The notes: generated by a model not told the origin, from the sequence alone. Positions 8,679 to 18,722 are shown, counted from the first letter of the stretch. The stretch: 64,000 nucleotides of DNA from an uncultured Verrucomicrobiota bacterium (GCA_903821635.1 CAIJLV010000054.1:564-64563); one strand, 5' to 3'. Numbers and translations are program-made.

Positions 8679-9968
8679 ATGAAATCCCTCGACGCCAAAC
8701 TCGCTGAAATCCGGGCCAATCGCTCTTCGCGGGCCTTCATCATTGCCGATGCCAAGGACGCTGACATGGCGTTTGGGGTGCGGGCACCGGGACCGCGTGG
8801 TTTTCTGGCGCGGTCGGGCGCGCGACCGGGACAATTTTCGCCTGAAGTGTGGAGCCGTGACGAATTTGGCTACCGCAACTTGCCCGAATTTCTCGACATC
8901 ATCCGCGAGGTCACGCACCAGGGCCTAGTTGATATCATGCTGATGTCGGCTTACGTGAACGAACAACTCACCATTAAAGAAGGGTTATTCAAGAGCTCAC
9001 ACGTGACGCCGGCGGCGCGGGCGAACGACACCACGGATGTGTGGGCCGTGCGGCACGGTTGCTATACCCGCGAACCCAGCCAGCCGTTTCGGAGCGCGAC
9101 CATCGACCAGATTCAGTGCGGGGAGATTGAGTGCGCGCGTGATGGCAGTGGTGACTTTTTGGGCGCCAATCTGGGGCTCTATTCGGTCACGTTCGTCAAT
9201 GAGTTGGAGCAGGATCGGGAAGCTTTACTGTGGTATAAAGCCTTCCGGGAAGAGGCTGAGCGGAAACAATTCCGACACTTCTTGGAAATCTTCGATCCGA
9301 ACGTGGCCAGCGGCATTGCCCCCGAAAAACTTGGAGAATTCATCAACGACAACATTCTCCGGACGTTAGCCGGTGTGCCTGAGTCGGGCCGCCCAGTGTT
9401 CCTCAAGATCGTCTATCATGGGCCCAAGGCGATGGAGGAGCTGGCTCAATACGACCCGAATCTCGTGGTTGGCATTTTGGGCGGGAGCGCCGGCACGACT
9501 TACGACGCCTTCCGGCTCATTCATGACGCGCAGAAATACGGCGCCCGAGTGGCGTTGTTTGGCCGCAAGATCAACAACGCCGAACACCAGCTAGCCTTCA
9601 TCGAAATGCTGCGGCTCATCACCGACGGCAAGCTCGGTCCCGAAGAAGCGGTTCGGGCCTACCACGGTGTGCTGCAAGGCAAAGGGATCAAGCCTACCCG
9701 CCCGTTGGAATCTGACCTGCAATTGACCGATCAGACCATGAGCTACGACGGCAGTGCGACGAAGCGGGCGACGGTGGCGGTGCAAAATAATCCCTTGGCT
9801 GGCGCCGCCCAACCGGCAGCGCCCGAGGTGGCGCAGTCAGTGCGACCTGCGGGCGGTTCGGTTATCGGCTGGCCCCAACGGCCTGATGGCGGGCCGGATT
9901 TTGAGGCCATGAACAGCGAGCAGCGGACGGCGTATCACGAGGCGCGTTTGAAGCGCGTCTTTGGCTGA
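8679..9968 (+). CDS. Conserved hypothetical protein, class I aldolase-like TIM barrel
   Basis: Long ORF continuing the BMC operon orientation. FLKIVYHG, VGILGG and GARVALFGRKI resemble DhnA/LsrF/LacD-type strands. Function is inferred. Confidence 0.7.
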   Translation: MKSLDAKLAEIRANRSSRAFIIADAKDADMAFGVRAPGPRGFLARSGARPGQFSPEVWSRDEFGYRNLPEFLDIIREVTHQGLVDIMLMSAYVNEQLTIKEGLFKSSHVTPAARANDTTDVWAVRHGCYTREPSQPFRSATIDQIQCGEIECARDGSGDFLGANLGLYSVTFVNELEQDREALLWYKAFREEAERKQFRHFLEIFDPNVASGIAPEKLGEFINDNILRTLAGVPESGRPVFLKIVYHGPKAMEELAQYDPNLVVGILGGSAGTTYDAFRLIHDAQKYGARVALFGRKINNAEHQLAFIEMLRLITDGKLGPEEAVRAYHGVLQGKGIKPTRPLESDLQLTDQTMSYDGSATKRATVAVQNNPLAGAAQPAAPEVAQSVRPAGGSVIGWPQRPDGGPDFEAMNSEQRTAYHEARLKRVFG

Positions 9969-10127
9969 GTCGGCCCCGGTGTTCGTCGGGTTTCAGGGGA
10001 GTCAGATCCGGGTCTTAGTTCGCCAATTTCCAGTGTGCGCCCGCCGGCCTAAACAGTGCTTATTGGCAGGGGTTCGGCGGGCCTGAAATCACTAAACCGC
10101 ACGCTGAAACCGGAAAGGAAACACGCC

Positions 10128-10346
10128 ATGAAACGCCTGTATTACGTCAGTGAAGAAATGTGCGGCGGGGAGGATTTGCCGCCGGAATTTGATTTGGGTG
10201 ACTTTTGCGAAGTGCTGCAAGGCAAGCTCGACGATGTGGAGGTCATCCCGGTCACTGAGCCGGAAAGTGAAGCCGTGAACCGTGACGAGGACCTCGTGCC
10301 GGAAGCGGTCTTCTACGAGGCCCTCGGCGAGTATCTGCAACGCTGA
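10128..10346 (+). CDS. Small acidic hypothetical protein (72 aa)
   Basis: Good RBS GAAAGGA about 9 nt upstream of the ATG; fills the gap before dtd. Confidence 0.7.
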   Translation: MKRLYYVSEEMCGGEDLPPEFDLGDFCEVLQGKLDDVEVIPVTEPESEAVNRDEDLVPEAVFYEALGEYLQR

Positions 10347-10377
10347 CACGCCGGGCTAAAGGCCGCACGCTGGCCGA

Positions 10378-10830
10378 ATGCGGACCGTAGTGCAGCGGGT
10401 AAGCACCGCCAAGGTGCAGGTGGCGGGAGCGGTGGTCGGCGAGATCAAGGCCGGTTTATTGGTGCTGCTGGCGGTGGAGCCTGCGGATACGGCCGAAGAT
10501 ATCGAATGGCTCGCGGCCAAACTCAGGCACCTTCGCCTCTTCGACGACGAGGCCGGCGTGATGAATCGTTCGGTCTTTGAGGTGGGCGGCGACCTGCTCT
10601 TGGTGAGCCAGTTCACCCTGCATGCCAGCACCAAAAAAGGCACCCGCCCCTCGTGGCATCGGGCCGCCAAGCCGGACGTTGCCCGGCCACTTTACGAGGC
10701 GTTTCAGCGGCGGCTCGAAGAGTTACTCGGCCGGCCCGTGCCCACCGGAAGTTTTGGCGCGGACATGCAGGTGAGCTTGGTCAACGATGGCCCGGTTACC
10801 TTGATCCTCGATTCCAAGCTCCGCGAATGA
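10378..10830 (+). CDS. dtd: D-aminoacyl-tRNA deacylase
   Basis: [29 protein letters not shown]. Confidence 0.96.
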   Translation: MRTVVQRVSTAKVQVAGAVVGEIKAGLLVLLAVEPADTAEDIEWLAAKLRHLRLFDDEAGVMNRSVFEVGGDLLLVSQFTLHASTKKGTRPSWHRAAKPDVARPLYEAFQRRLEELLGRPVPTGSFGADMQVSLVNDGPVTLILDSKLRE

Positions 10831-10870
10831 ACCGTTGGCGACCGGTTGAGTCCAGCCGCAAGCTACGCCC

Positions 10871-11365
10871 GTGAGTGAAGAGATTTTTGATGTCGTCAAC
10901 GAGCGCGACGAAGTCGTGGGGCAACTCGTCCGGCGCGAAGTTCACCGGCAAAACTTGCGGCATCGAGCCGTGCACGTGTTGCTCTTCAACCAGCGTGGGG
11001 AACTGTTTCTCCAGCAGCGTTCGCTGGCCAAGGATAACTTCCCCGGCGTGTGGGATTCGTCGTCGTCCGGGCATCTTGATGCCGGTGAAGAGTATGACGC
11101 CTGCACGCTCCGCGAGGTCCGGGAAGAACTGGGAGTGCAACTCGGCGCCGTGCCGACGCGCCTCTTCAAGCTGGAAGCCTCGGCAGGAACCGGCTGGGAA
11201 TTTTGCTGGGTTTACCGGGCCGAACACGAAGGTCCGTTCGGGCTACAGGAATCCGAGGTTCGGGGCGGCGGCTGGTTCACGCCAGAGGCCATCACCGAAT
11301 GGATTGAGCGGCGGCCGCAAGATTTTGCCCGCGCGTTCGTCCTCGTGTGGCAACGCCTGACTTGA
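10871..11365 (+). CDS. NUDIX hydrolase (IDI-like subfamily)
   Basis: HRAVHV, LQQRS, PGVWD, Nudix box GHLDAGEEYDACTLREVREELG. Confidence 0.9.
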   Translation: MSEEIFDVVNERDEVVGQLVRREVHRQNLRHRAVHVLLFNQRGELFLQQRSLAKDNFPGVWDSSSSGHLDAGEEYDACTLREVREELGVQLGAVPTRLFKLEASAGTGWEFCWVYRAEHEGPFGLQESEVRGGGWFTPEAITEWIERRPQDFARAFVLVWQRLT

Positions 11366-11509
11366 AGCGGGCCGCCTGAAAACGGCGACGGGCAGCTTCG
11401 CGTTTTGGGGTCCCGACTCACGTTCAATCCGACCTAGGCGGCCGTGCGCTCGTTCGAGCCGATCATTTCGCGATTGATTCGAGGGCCGCGTGTGAGTTCA
11501 TCCGCGGCC

Positions 11510-12841
11510 GTGAAGTTGAAGTTCAAAGACGTGGACGGTGCGATCGTGGCGCCGCCGGGATTCCGCACCGCCGGCGTGTTTTGCGACATCAAACGGCTGG
11601 GCACCGGCAAGGGGTCGAACAAGGGGCAGAAGCGTGACCTCACCTTGATCGTTTCGGACGTGCCGTGTGCGGTCGCGGGCATGTTCACCACGAACCAGAT
11701 TTGCGCTGCCCCGGTCAAGGTTTGCGTGCCGCGGGTGGCCAAGGGCATTGCCCAGGCGGTCGTCGTCAATTCCGGCAACGCCAATGCCTGCACCGGCAAG
11801 CAGGGCATGAAGGACGCCCTCGCCATGACGCGTCTCGTTGAGAAGACTCTCGGCATCAAGGACGGTTATGCGCTCGTCGGTTCGACCGGCCGAATCGGCG
11901 TGAACCTGCCGATGGAGCAGGTGAATTCGGGCATTCTGGCCACGGCCCCACTGCTCGGTTCCACGGTAGAACACGCCACGCACTCTGCTGAGGCGATCAT
12001 GACCAGCGACACCAAGCCGAAGCAGGTGGCCATTGAGTTCAAGCTCGGCGGCAAGACGGTGCGGTTGGGCGGTATGTGCAAGGGGGCGGGTATGATTCAG
12101 CCTGGCATGAGCGCCACCGGCGCACGACCAGCGGCGCTGCCCCAAGGGCTTCACGCCACCATGCTGGCTTTTATCACCACCGATGCGGCCGTCGAGGCCA
12201 AGGTGTTGCAGGCGGAGCTACGGGAGGCGGTCGCGCACAGCTTCAATCGGATCACGGTGGACGGCGACATGAGCACCAACGACACGGTCTTGGTGCTCGC
12301 CAATGGGTTGGCCGGGAACCCCAAGTTCAAGGTTGCGGGCAAGGACTTTGAAATCTTTCAAGCGGCGTTGACCCATGTCTGCCTAGAGCTCGCGAAGAAA
12401 ATCGTGCGCGACGGCGAGGGCGTTCATCGCGTGGTGACGGTGCGTGTAACCGGGGGCAAGAGTCTCGCCGAGGCGGATGCGGCGGCCCGAGCGGTGGCCA
12501 ATAGCGCGCTGGTGAAGACGAGTTGGCACGGCGGCGATCCCAATTGGGGGCGGATTATTGACGCGCTCGGCTACAGTTCGGCGACTGTGGTGGAGTCCCA
12601 GGTGGACATCGGTTACAGCGCCCCAGGCAGCCGTAAAATCTTGTGGACTCTCAAGCGTGGGCAGCCGACCAAGGCGACCTACAAAGCCTTGTGCGCCGCG
12701 GCCGCGCCGGAGGAATTCGACCTGCACATTCGGCTGAATTTGGGTGAAGGCGCCGCGCTCATGTATGCCGCGGACCTCACGGAGGAATACGTCGAGTTCA
12801 ACAAGGGTGACGTGACGGATCCGGCCACGCTGGGGGGCTAG
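11510..12841 (+). CDS. argJ: Bifunctional ornithine acetyltransferase / N-acetylglutamate synthase
   Basis: NSGNANACTG, STGRIG, KGAGMI...ATML, DGDMSTND, DPNWGR. Start uncertain (11444 or GTG 11510). Confidence 0.94.
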   Translation: MKLKFKDVDGAIVAPPGFRTAGVFCDIKRLGTGKGSNKGQKRDLTLIVSDVPCAVAGMFTTNQICAAPVKVCVPRVAKGIAQAVVVNSGNANACTGKQGMKDALAMTRLVEKTLGIKDGYALVGSTGRIGVNLPMEQVNSGILATAPLLGSTVEHATHSAEAIMTSDTKPKQVAIEFKLGGKTVRLGGMCKGAGMIQPGMSATGARPAALPQGLHATMLAFITTDAAVEAKVLQAELREAVAHSFNRITVDGDMSTNDTVLVLANGLAGNPKFKVAGKDFEIFQAALTHVCLELAKKIVRDGEGVHRVVTVRVTGGKSLAEADAAARAVANSALVKTSWHGGDPNWGRIIDALGYSSATVVESQVDIGYSAPGSRKILWTLKRGQPTKATYKALCAAAAPEEFDLHIRLNLGEGAALMYAADLTEEYVEFNKGDVTDPATLGG

Positions 12842-12858
12842 AGCGAAGCGCGGGCGGA

Positions 12859-13881
12859 CTAGCTCGGCGAGCTCGGCTTGGGGGCGCCCGTGCTCGCGCG
12901 AATCTCCAACTCGGCTCGTAGGCGGACGCTTTGCACCTCTTCACCGCGGAGCCGGCGTTGCATCAGGTCCATGGCGACGGAGCCCATGCGGAGTTTGGGC
13001 TGGCGGGCAGTCGTGAGCGGCACCCGGAAGTATTCGCTGGTGAGCACGTTGCCGTAGCCGGCGAGGCTCAGATCGTGCGGGATGCGAACGCCTTGGTTCA
13101 ACAACGTGTCCCCGGCCCCGATGGTGACGAGGTCGTTTACGCACTGGATGGCGGTGGCGCCGGGCTGTTCCTGCAAAAATTGGAGCGCAGCGGCGGACCC
13201 TTCTTCGATCGTCGAGCCCGCGTTGAAAATTAGGGTGTCATCCGCGGTGAGTCCGGCGTTGCGATGGGCGCGACGGTAGCCTTCCAACCGCTCTTGTGCC
13301 CACGGCGATATCATCGGGCCGGCGAAAAACGCGATCCGCTTGTGCCCCAATTCCAACAGATGCCGGGTCACGGACTCCGCAGCGTTCACGTCGTCGGTTT
13401 CGACGGCGGGAAACATTTGGCAAAAGGGCGCCCGATGGCCGAGCAGCACGACCGGCACGTCGCGCCGGGCGAGTTCCTCGTAAATCGGCGCGGACGGTTC
13501 GAGCCGGTAAACCGGGGAAATGAAGAGTCCATCCACCCGCCGCGAAAGGAAGCGGCGTAGCACGGTTTCCTCCCGGTCGGTGCGGTTTAGGGTGTGGGCG
13601 AGCAGGACATCGAAGCCGAGCTCGTAGGCTTGTTCCTCAATGGCCATGCAGATCCGGGCGTTGACCGGATTGGTGCTCGTGGACAGCACGAGTCCGAGGA
13701 TGCGCGTGTTGCCGCTGCGGAGGTTTTGGGCCGAGACGTCAGGCACGTAGCCCATCTGTTCGGCGAGTTTGCGGATTCGGTCTTTGGTGGCGGCGGAGAG
13801 ATCGGGTTTGTCCCGCAACGCCTTGCTGACCGTCATGACGGAGACGCCGGCGGCTCGGGCGATGTCTTTAAGTCGGACCAT
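12859..13881 (-). CDS. LacI-family transcriptional regulator
   Basis: VRLKDIARAAGVSVMTVSKAL HTH plus periplasmic-binding-fold C-terminal domain. Confidence 0.95.
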   Translation of the reverse strand: MVRLKDIARAAGVSVMTVSKALRDKPDLSAATKDRIRKLAEQMGYVPDVSAQNLRSGNTRILGLVLSTSTNPVNARICMAIEEQAYELGFDVLLAHTLNRTDREETVLRRFLSRRVDGLFISPVYRLEPSAPIYEELARRDVPVVLLGHRAPFCQMFPAVETDDVNAAESVTRHLLELGHKRIAFFAGPMISPWAQERLEGYRRAHRNAGLTADDTLIFNAGSTIEEGSAAALQFLQEQPGATAIQCVNDLVTIGAGDTLLNQGVRIPHDLSLAGYGNVLTSEYFRVPLTTARQPKLRMGSVAMDLMQRRLRGEEVQSVRLRAELEIRASTGAPKPSSPS

Positions 13882-13914
13882 TGGAATTTAAGGAAGTGGC
13901 CGAGGTGGCCAAAA

Positions 13915-14799
13915 TCAGAGATTTGAACCGGACCAGCCAAGTTTCAGGCGCAAGGTGCTGAAGAAATTAGAGCCTTCCAACTGCAGCATGCGCACTGAAC
14001 GCGCACTGCGACGGATCGTGACCGTGTCGCCCACGGCAAGTTCGACCTGCTGCTGGCCATCGGCGGCGACGGTGGCGAGCAGGCGTGAGCTGACCAGCTT
14101 CACCTCCACGGTCGAAGCAAGGTTCACCACCACTGGCCGAATGCTGAGGGTGTGCGGGCAGATGGGCGTCAGCGTCAGCGCCTCAGTGTCGGGACTCACA
14201 ATCGCGCCGCCCGCCGCCAATGAGTAGGCGGTCGAGCCCGTGGGCGAACTGGCGATGAACCCGTCGCAGCGGTAACGCGTGAGCAAGACGTCGTTCACCC
14301 GCACTTCCAGTTCGATCAGGCGTGAAGTGAGGCCTCGGCTGAGCACGAAATCGTTGAGCGCGAGGAGCGAAGAGTGGTCGCCACCGTGACAGACCACGCC
14401 TTCCAGCAGCGCGCGTTCCTCGACTTGAAAGCGGCCTTCCCAGAGGCGGTGCAAGGCGGCTTGCAGATGATTGGGCGAAACCGCGGTGAGAAACCCGAGG
14501 TGACCGGCATTGATGCCCAGCACTGGCGTCGCCGAACCGGCGATTTCGCGGGCGGCCTTCAGCATCGTGCCGTCGCCACCGAAGACGAGGATCACGTCGG
14601 TGTTGGCCGCCAGTTCTGGCATGGAGCAGGCCTTTTTGACCGGCATGCCCAGCATGGCCGCGGTGTTGGTTTCGAAGACGGCCGTTCGGCGGGCGGCGGC
14701 CACCAACCGTTGGGCGCGGTGCACCAACCGCACGACGTCGGGCTTCTCCGGGTTCGCGATCAGGCCCACGCGACGGATGCTGGTGGCGATTTTCTTCAC
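13915..14799 (-). CDS. nadK: NAD(+) kinase
   Basis: GGDGT, GINAGHLGFL, ALND, DGFIASSPTGSTAYSLAAGG. Confidence 0.95.
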   Translation of the reverse strand: MKKIATSIRRVGLIANPEKPDVVRLVHRAQRLVAAARRTAVFETNTAAMLGMPVKKACSMPELAANTDVILVFGGDGTMLKAAREIAGSATPVLGINAGHLGFLTAVSPNHLQAALHRLWEGRFQVEERALLEGVVCHGGDHSSLLALNDFVLSRGLTSRLIELEVRVNDVLLTRYRCDGFIASSPTGSTAYSLAAGGAIVSPDTEALTLTPICPHTLSIRPVVVNLASTVEVKLVSSRLLATVAADGQQQVELAVGDTVTIRRSARSVRMLQLEGSNFFSTLRLKLGWSGSNL

Positions 14800-15545
14800 G
14801 CAGTCTTTTCGAGCAGCGCCAGAAATTCCTTGTTGCCGGCTGGGCCGAGCAACGGGCTTTCCGTGACGCCGCGCCAGAGTAAGCCCAGCGGTTGCGCGGC
14901 GACAAACTCTTCCAGTTCGGCCAGCACGCGGGCGTGAATTGCCGGATCGGTGATCACCCCGGCGCCGCGGTCGGCTTCTTCCTTGCCCGCCTCAAACTGC
15001 GGCTTCACCAGCGCCACGAACCGGCCGCCGGGGCGGAGCAGGGGCGCGGCGGGTGGCAGAATCTTGCGCAGCGAGATGAACGAGCAGTCGGCGACGATGA
15101 GGTCGCAGGCGGTGAAGCCGGCGCCGAACGACGCCGCGGTGAGATGCCGGGCGTTGGTCTGCTCCATGGCCACGACGCGCGGATCGTTCCGGAGCTTCCA
15201 CACGAGCTGGTTGGTGCCGACATCCACGGCGAAGACCTTGGCGGCACCGCGCTGCAAGAGGCAGTCAGTAAAACCGCCCGTGCTGGAACCGAGGTCCAAG
15301 GCGGTGACGCCTTGGACCTCGACTCCGAAATGGACGAGGGCGTGTTCCAGCTTGTGGCCGCCGCGACTTACGAATTTGTCCCCGGCGAGCAATTCGATCG
15401 GGTCGACGTCGCGCACCGGATCGCTGGCCTTCTTGGCCGGATGGCCGTTCACGCGGACCTGGCCGGCCATGATGGCGCGCTGCGCCTTGGCCCGGCTCTC
15501 GCACAGGCCGCGATCCACCAGCGCTTGGTCGAGGCGGGATTTCAT
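14796..15545 (-). CDS. tlyA: TlyA-family rRNA 2'-O-methyltransferase
   Basis: S4 domain RLDQALV, FVSRGGHKL, DLGSSTGGFTDCLLQRGA, LVKPQFE, GNKEF. Start trimmed to 15545. Confidence 0.95.
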   Translation of the reverse strand: MKSRLDQALVDRGLCESRAKAQRAIMAGQVRVNGHPAKKASDPVRDVDPIELLAGDKFVSRGGHKLEHALVHFGVEVQGVTALDLGSSTGGFTDCLLQRGAAKVFAVDVGTNQLVWKLRNDPRVVAMEQTNARHLTAASFGAGFTACDLIVADCSFISLRKILPPAAPLLRPGGRFVALVKPQFEAGKEEADRGAGVITDPAIHARVLAELEEFVAAQPLGLLWRGVTESPLLGPAGNKEFLALLEKTA

Positions 15546-15615
15546 GAAGTGTGCCGGAGAACGGAAACGCCTTGGCCCACCCGCGTGGCGGACTTGGAGT
15601 GGTGTCGAGCGGCGT

Positions 15616-16395
15616 TCATCGGCGGGTTCCTGACGGCGCCGAAACCTGGTTCCCCAGCGCCTCCCGCAACGGATCATCCGCTGCGCCGCAAAAGCCCAAG
15701 TGCGAATGCCGAGTCCAGCCTTCGGCGTGCGTGAGTTTCTTGCCCAGCCCGGCGACGGTGCGGGATTCCTCGTCCGCGGCGGCCAGGTAGCTGTTCATGC
15801 CTTGGCTGGCGTCGAGCCATTCCTGCTGGCTCTGGTGGCAGGCGAGCGCGGCGAGCTTCTGTTCGTGGACCGAAGCGGTGTTCACGAGCAGTTCGGGCTT
15901 CACGGGCTCCCGGAGCGGGCCGCGCAAGCCGTGCGGGGTCGCGTGATAGATTGTTACCGCGCCGCTCCACGGCGCACAGGCAGGACGGGGGCGGAAGTTC
16001 GGCATGCCGCGGGCAAAGGCACCGGTGACCGCTAGGCGGCACGTCTCGGTGTGGTCCTCCATGTAATCCACCGGCGGATGCGTCAGCAGGATAGTCGGCC
16101 GGACCTTGCGGATCAGCGCGCTGACGCGAGCCAAGTTCGCCGCGGTGTAGGAGATCGCGAGATCGTCGCAGAAGGGTGGGTGCCAAGAGGCGCCGAGCAC
16201 TTGGGCCGCCGCTTGGGCTTCCTTTCGCCGGACGGTGGCCGTGCGGGCCGACGACAGGGTGGAGCTGCCGAGGTTGCCTCGCGAGACGTTGCAGTAATGC
16301 AGTTCCCAGCCGCGCGCACGCAGTTGCAGGAGCGTGCCGGCGGCGCGGAACTCGATGTCATCCGGATGGGCGAACAGGGCAAGGACGGCGGGCAT
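15616..16395 (-). CDS. PIG-L/LmbE-family N-deacetylase
   Basis: AHPDDIE, DYMEDH, KLAALACHQSQ. Confidence 0.9.
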   Translation of the reverse strand: MPAVLALFAHPDDIEFRAAGTLLQLRARGWELHYCNVSRGNLGSSTLSSARTATVRRKEAQAAAQVLGASWHPPFCDDLAISYTAANLARVSALIRKVRPTILLTHPPVDYMEDHTETCRLAVTGAFARGMPNFRPRPACAPWSGAVTIYHATPHGLRGPLREPVKPELLVNTASVHEQKLAALACHQSQQEWLDASQGMNSYLAAADEESRTVAGLGKKLTHAEGWTRHSHLGFCGAADDPLREALGNQVSAPSGTRR

Positions 16396-16411
16396 TTTGC
16401 GAGGGGCGAGG

Positions 16412-17437
16412 TCAGAGCTTCACCGGCTTGCCCGTCTTGGCTGACTTGTCGGCGGCGAAGAGCACTTCGTGGGTCTTCAGCGAATCCCGGAAGCTGGTGA
16501 GTGGCATCTCTTGGCCGGCGGCGAGCGCGGTGAAGAAGGCGTCGAATTGGGTCTGGTAGGGATGGTCGCTCACGTCGCCGGAATCGAGCATCTTCATCGA
16601 TAGTTCACTCCACTTGGCCTTGTTGGTGTGCAGTTTCTGGGAGTGGAATTTGTTGTCGAGCAGGCTGCCTTCGCTGCCGCACAGGTGCGTGTGAAAGTAG
16701 TAGGGCTGGAGGCAGTCCACGACGGCGGCGCATTTGCCGATCTTGCCGCTCTTGAACTTCAGGATCGTGACGCTGCTGGTCGTGTATTCGTAGGGCTCGA
16801 AGAGCTGGCTGGCGGTCTTGGTGTCGTAGCTGGTGACCTCCGCCACGTCGTCGCCTAGGCAAAGCAGCAAGGCATCGAGTGCGTGGCAGCCGGCGGTGAG
16901 CAGGGAGCTGCCGCCGGCATCCTTGCGCGTGTTCCAGCGGAACTGCCCATACCACGGTCCAATGCCATGGTAGTAATCGACTTCGCCATAGTGTAATTCG
17001 CCGAGCAGGCCTTGGTCGATGACGGCCTTGGTGGCGAGGAACTGGCTCGACCAACGGCATTCGAAGCACACGCACGTCTTCACGCCGGCTTCGCGAATCG
17101 CTTTGTCCATCGCGAGGCAGTCCTTCCAGGAGAGCGCGAGTGGCTTCTCGATGATGAGGTGTTTGCCGGCCTTGGCCGCCGCAATGACCTGCTTGGCGTG
17201 GTCAAAGGGGTAGCTGCACACCGTGATCACGTCGAGGGACGGGTCGGCGAGCATGGCGGTGAGGTTGTTGTAACACTTCACCGGGGAACCGTATTTCGCG
17301 CTCAGTTCGGCGGCGTCGAGCGGCCGCGAACTGTAGATGGCGGTCACTTGGGCCTTGCCGGAGGCGTTGATGGCGGGGATGTGGGCGGTGGCGACCCAGC
17401 CGTGGCCGATGACGCCGACGTTGAATTTCTTGCTCAT
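16412..17437 (-). CDS. Gfo/Idh/MocA-family oxidoreductase
   Basis: VGVIGHGWV, HLIIEKPLA, GCHALD. Confidence 0.92.
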   Translation of the reverse strand: MSKKFNVGVIGHGWVATAHIPAINASGKAQVTAIYSSRPLDAAELSAKYGSPVKCYNNLTAMLADPSLDVITVCSYPFDHAKQVIAAAKAGKHLIIEKPLALSWKDCLAMDKAIREAGVKTCVCFECRWSSQFLATKAVIDQGLLGELHYGEVDYYHGIGPWYGQFRWNTRKDAGGSSLLTAGCHALDALLLCLGDDVAEVTSYDTKTASQLFEPYEYTTSSVTILKFKSGKIGKCAAVVDCLQPYYFHTHLCGSEGSLLDNKFHSQKLHTNKAKWSELSMKMLDSGDVSDHPYQTQFDAFFTALAAGQEMPLTSFRDSLKTHEVLFAADKSAKTGKPVKL

Positions 17438-17575
17438 AGAACAACGGGTTTGCTGGGCTCAGCCTGCCTCGAAACCAGGACCAAGTCACGCCCTCGAACA
17501 GGGTCTGTGAAATATCCGTCGCCGCACTTCGCGCTTACCTTGGGGGCTCGAATGGCATATACCCTCGGGCACGCA

Positions 17576-18628
17576 ATGAGCAGCGCCCATACCCCGCGTG
17601 AACTCGGCTACCGCATGCCTGCCGAGTGGGAACCCCATGCCGCCACTTGGCTGACTTGGCCGCGTCCGGAAGGCATCAGCTTTCCGGGGCGCTACGAATT
17701 GGTGCCCGAGGTTTACGCGAAGTTCATTTTCCACCTCGCCCAGCACGAGGCGGTGCACATCAATGTCTGGCACGCCGATCTCACGGCGGGCATTCGCGAG
17801 GTGTTGCGTCGGCATCACGTCCCGCTGGAGCGCGTCTCCTTTCACGAATTCCCCAGCTACGAACCTTGGTGCCGCGACCACGGTCCGATCTTTGTCGTGC
17901 GCGATAGTCCCGCCGGCCGCAGTCGGGCGGTGGTGGACTGGGGCTACAATGCCTGGGGTGGCAAATATCCGCCGTTCGACTTGGATGACGAAATTCCGCA
18001 GCACGTCGCCAAACTGCGCGGCCTGCCGGTGTTCAATCCCGGCATCGTGATGGAGGGTGGTTCCCTCGAACTCAACGGGCGCGGCACGCTCCTGACCACC
18101 GAGGCCTGCTTGCTGAATCCGAACCGCAACCCGCACCTCACCAAGGCCCAGATCGAGCGGTATTTGCGCGATTACCTCGGGGTGAGCCACATTCTCTGGC
18201 TCGGCGACGGCATCGTGGGCGACGACACCGACGGCCACATCGATGACCTGACTCGGTTTGTGAATCCCAACACCGTTGTCACGGTGGTGGAGGAAGATCC
18301 GCAGGATGAAAACCACGGCCTCTTGCAGGAAAATCTCGCCCGACTGCGCACGATGACCGACGAAACTGGCCAACCGCTGCGCGTGGTGGAATTGCCGATG
18401 CCGGGCCGGATCGAATGTGAGGGGCAGCGGCTGCCCGCGAGTTACGCCAACTTCTACATCGCCAACGCGCAAGTGATCGTGCCGACCTACCGCGACCCCC
18501 ACGACGCCCGCGCCTTGGAGATCCTTCAGCGCGAATTCCCTGACCGCAAAGTCGTGGGCATTGATTCCACCGACTTGATCTGGGGGCTCGGCTCCTTCCA
18601 CTGCATCAGCCAGCAGGAACCCGCCTGA
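17576..18628 (+). CDS. aguA: Agmatine deiminase / peptidylarginine deiminase family
   Basis: RMPAEWEPH, WCRDHGP, EGGS, DTDGHID, SYANFY, GSFHCISQQEP. Confidence 0.93.
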   Translation: MSSAHTPRELGYRMPAEWEPHAATWLTWPRPEGISFPGRYELVPEVYAKFIFHLAQHEAVHINVWHADLTAGIREVLRRHHVPLERVSFHEFPSYEPWCRDHGPIFVVRDSPAGRSRAVVDWGYNAWGGKYPPFDLDDEIPQHVAKLRGLPVFNPGIVMEGGSLELNGRGTLLTTEACLLNPNRNPHLTKAQIERYLRDYLGVSHILWLGDGIVGDDTDGHIDDLTRFVNPNTVVTVVEEDPQDENHGLLQENLARLRTMTDETGQPLRVVELPMPGRIECEGQRLPASYANFYIANAQVIVPTYRDPHDARALEILQREFPDRKVVGIDSTDLIWGLGSFHCISQQEPA

Positions 18629-18722
18629 GCCCCGACGATGGCAAATCGGCCCCGACTTTGATCCCGCTCAAGGCGCGTTCATCGACGGGGGCGAGACTCT
18701 CACCGTGTCCAGTTCATCCCCC

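Noticed and set aside
10064-10078. Sigma-54-like TGGCA...GC upstream of the small acidic ORF
   Set aside because: GG-N10-GC spacing fits but the -12 TTGC is absent; too weak in GC-rich DNA.
17012-17575. 188-aa N-terminal extension of agmatine deiminase
   Set aside because: Overlaps the opposite-strand Gfo/Idh/MocA gene; family homology starts at about 17576.
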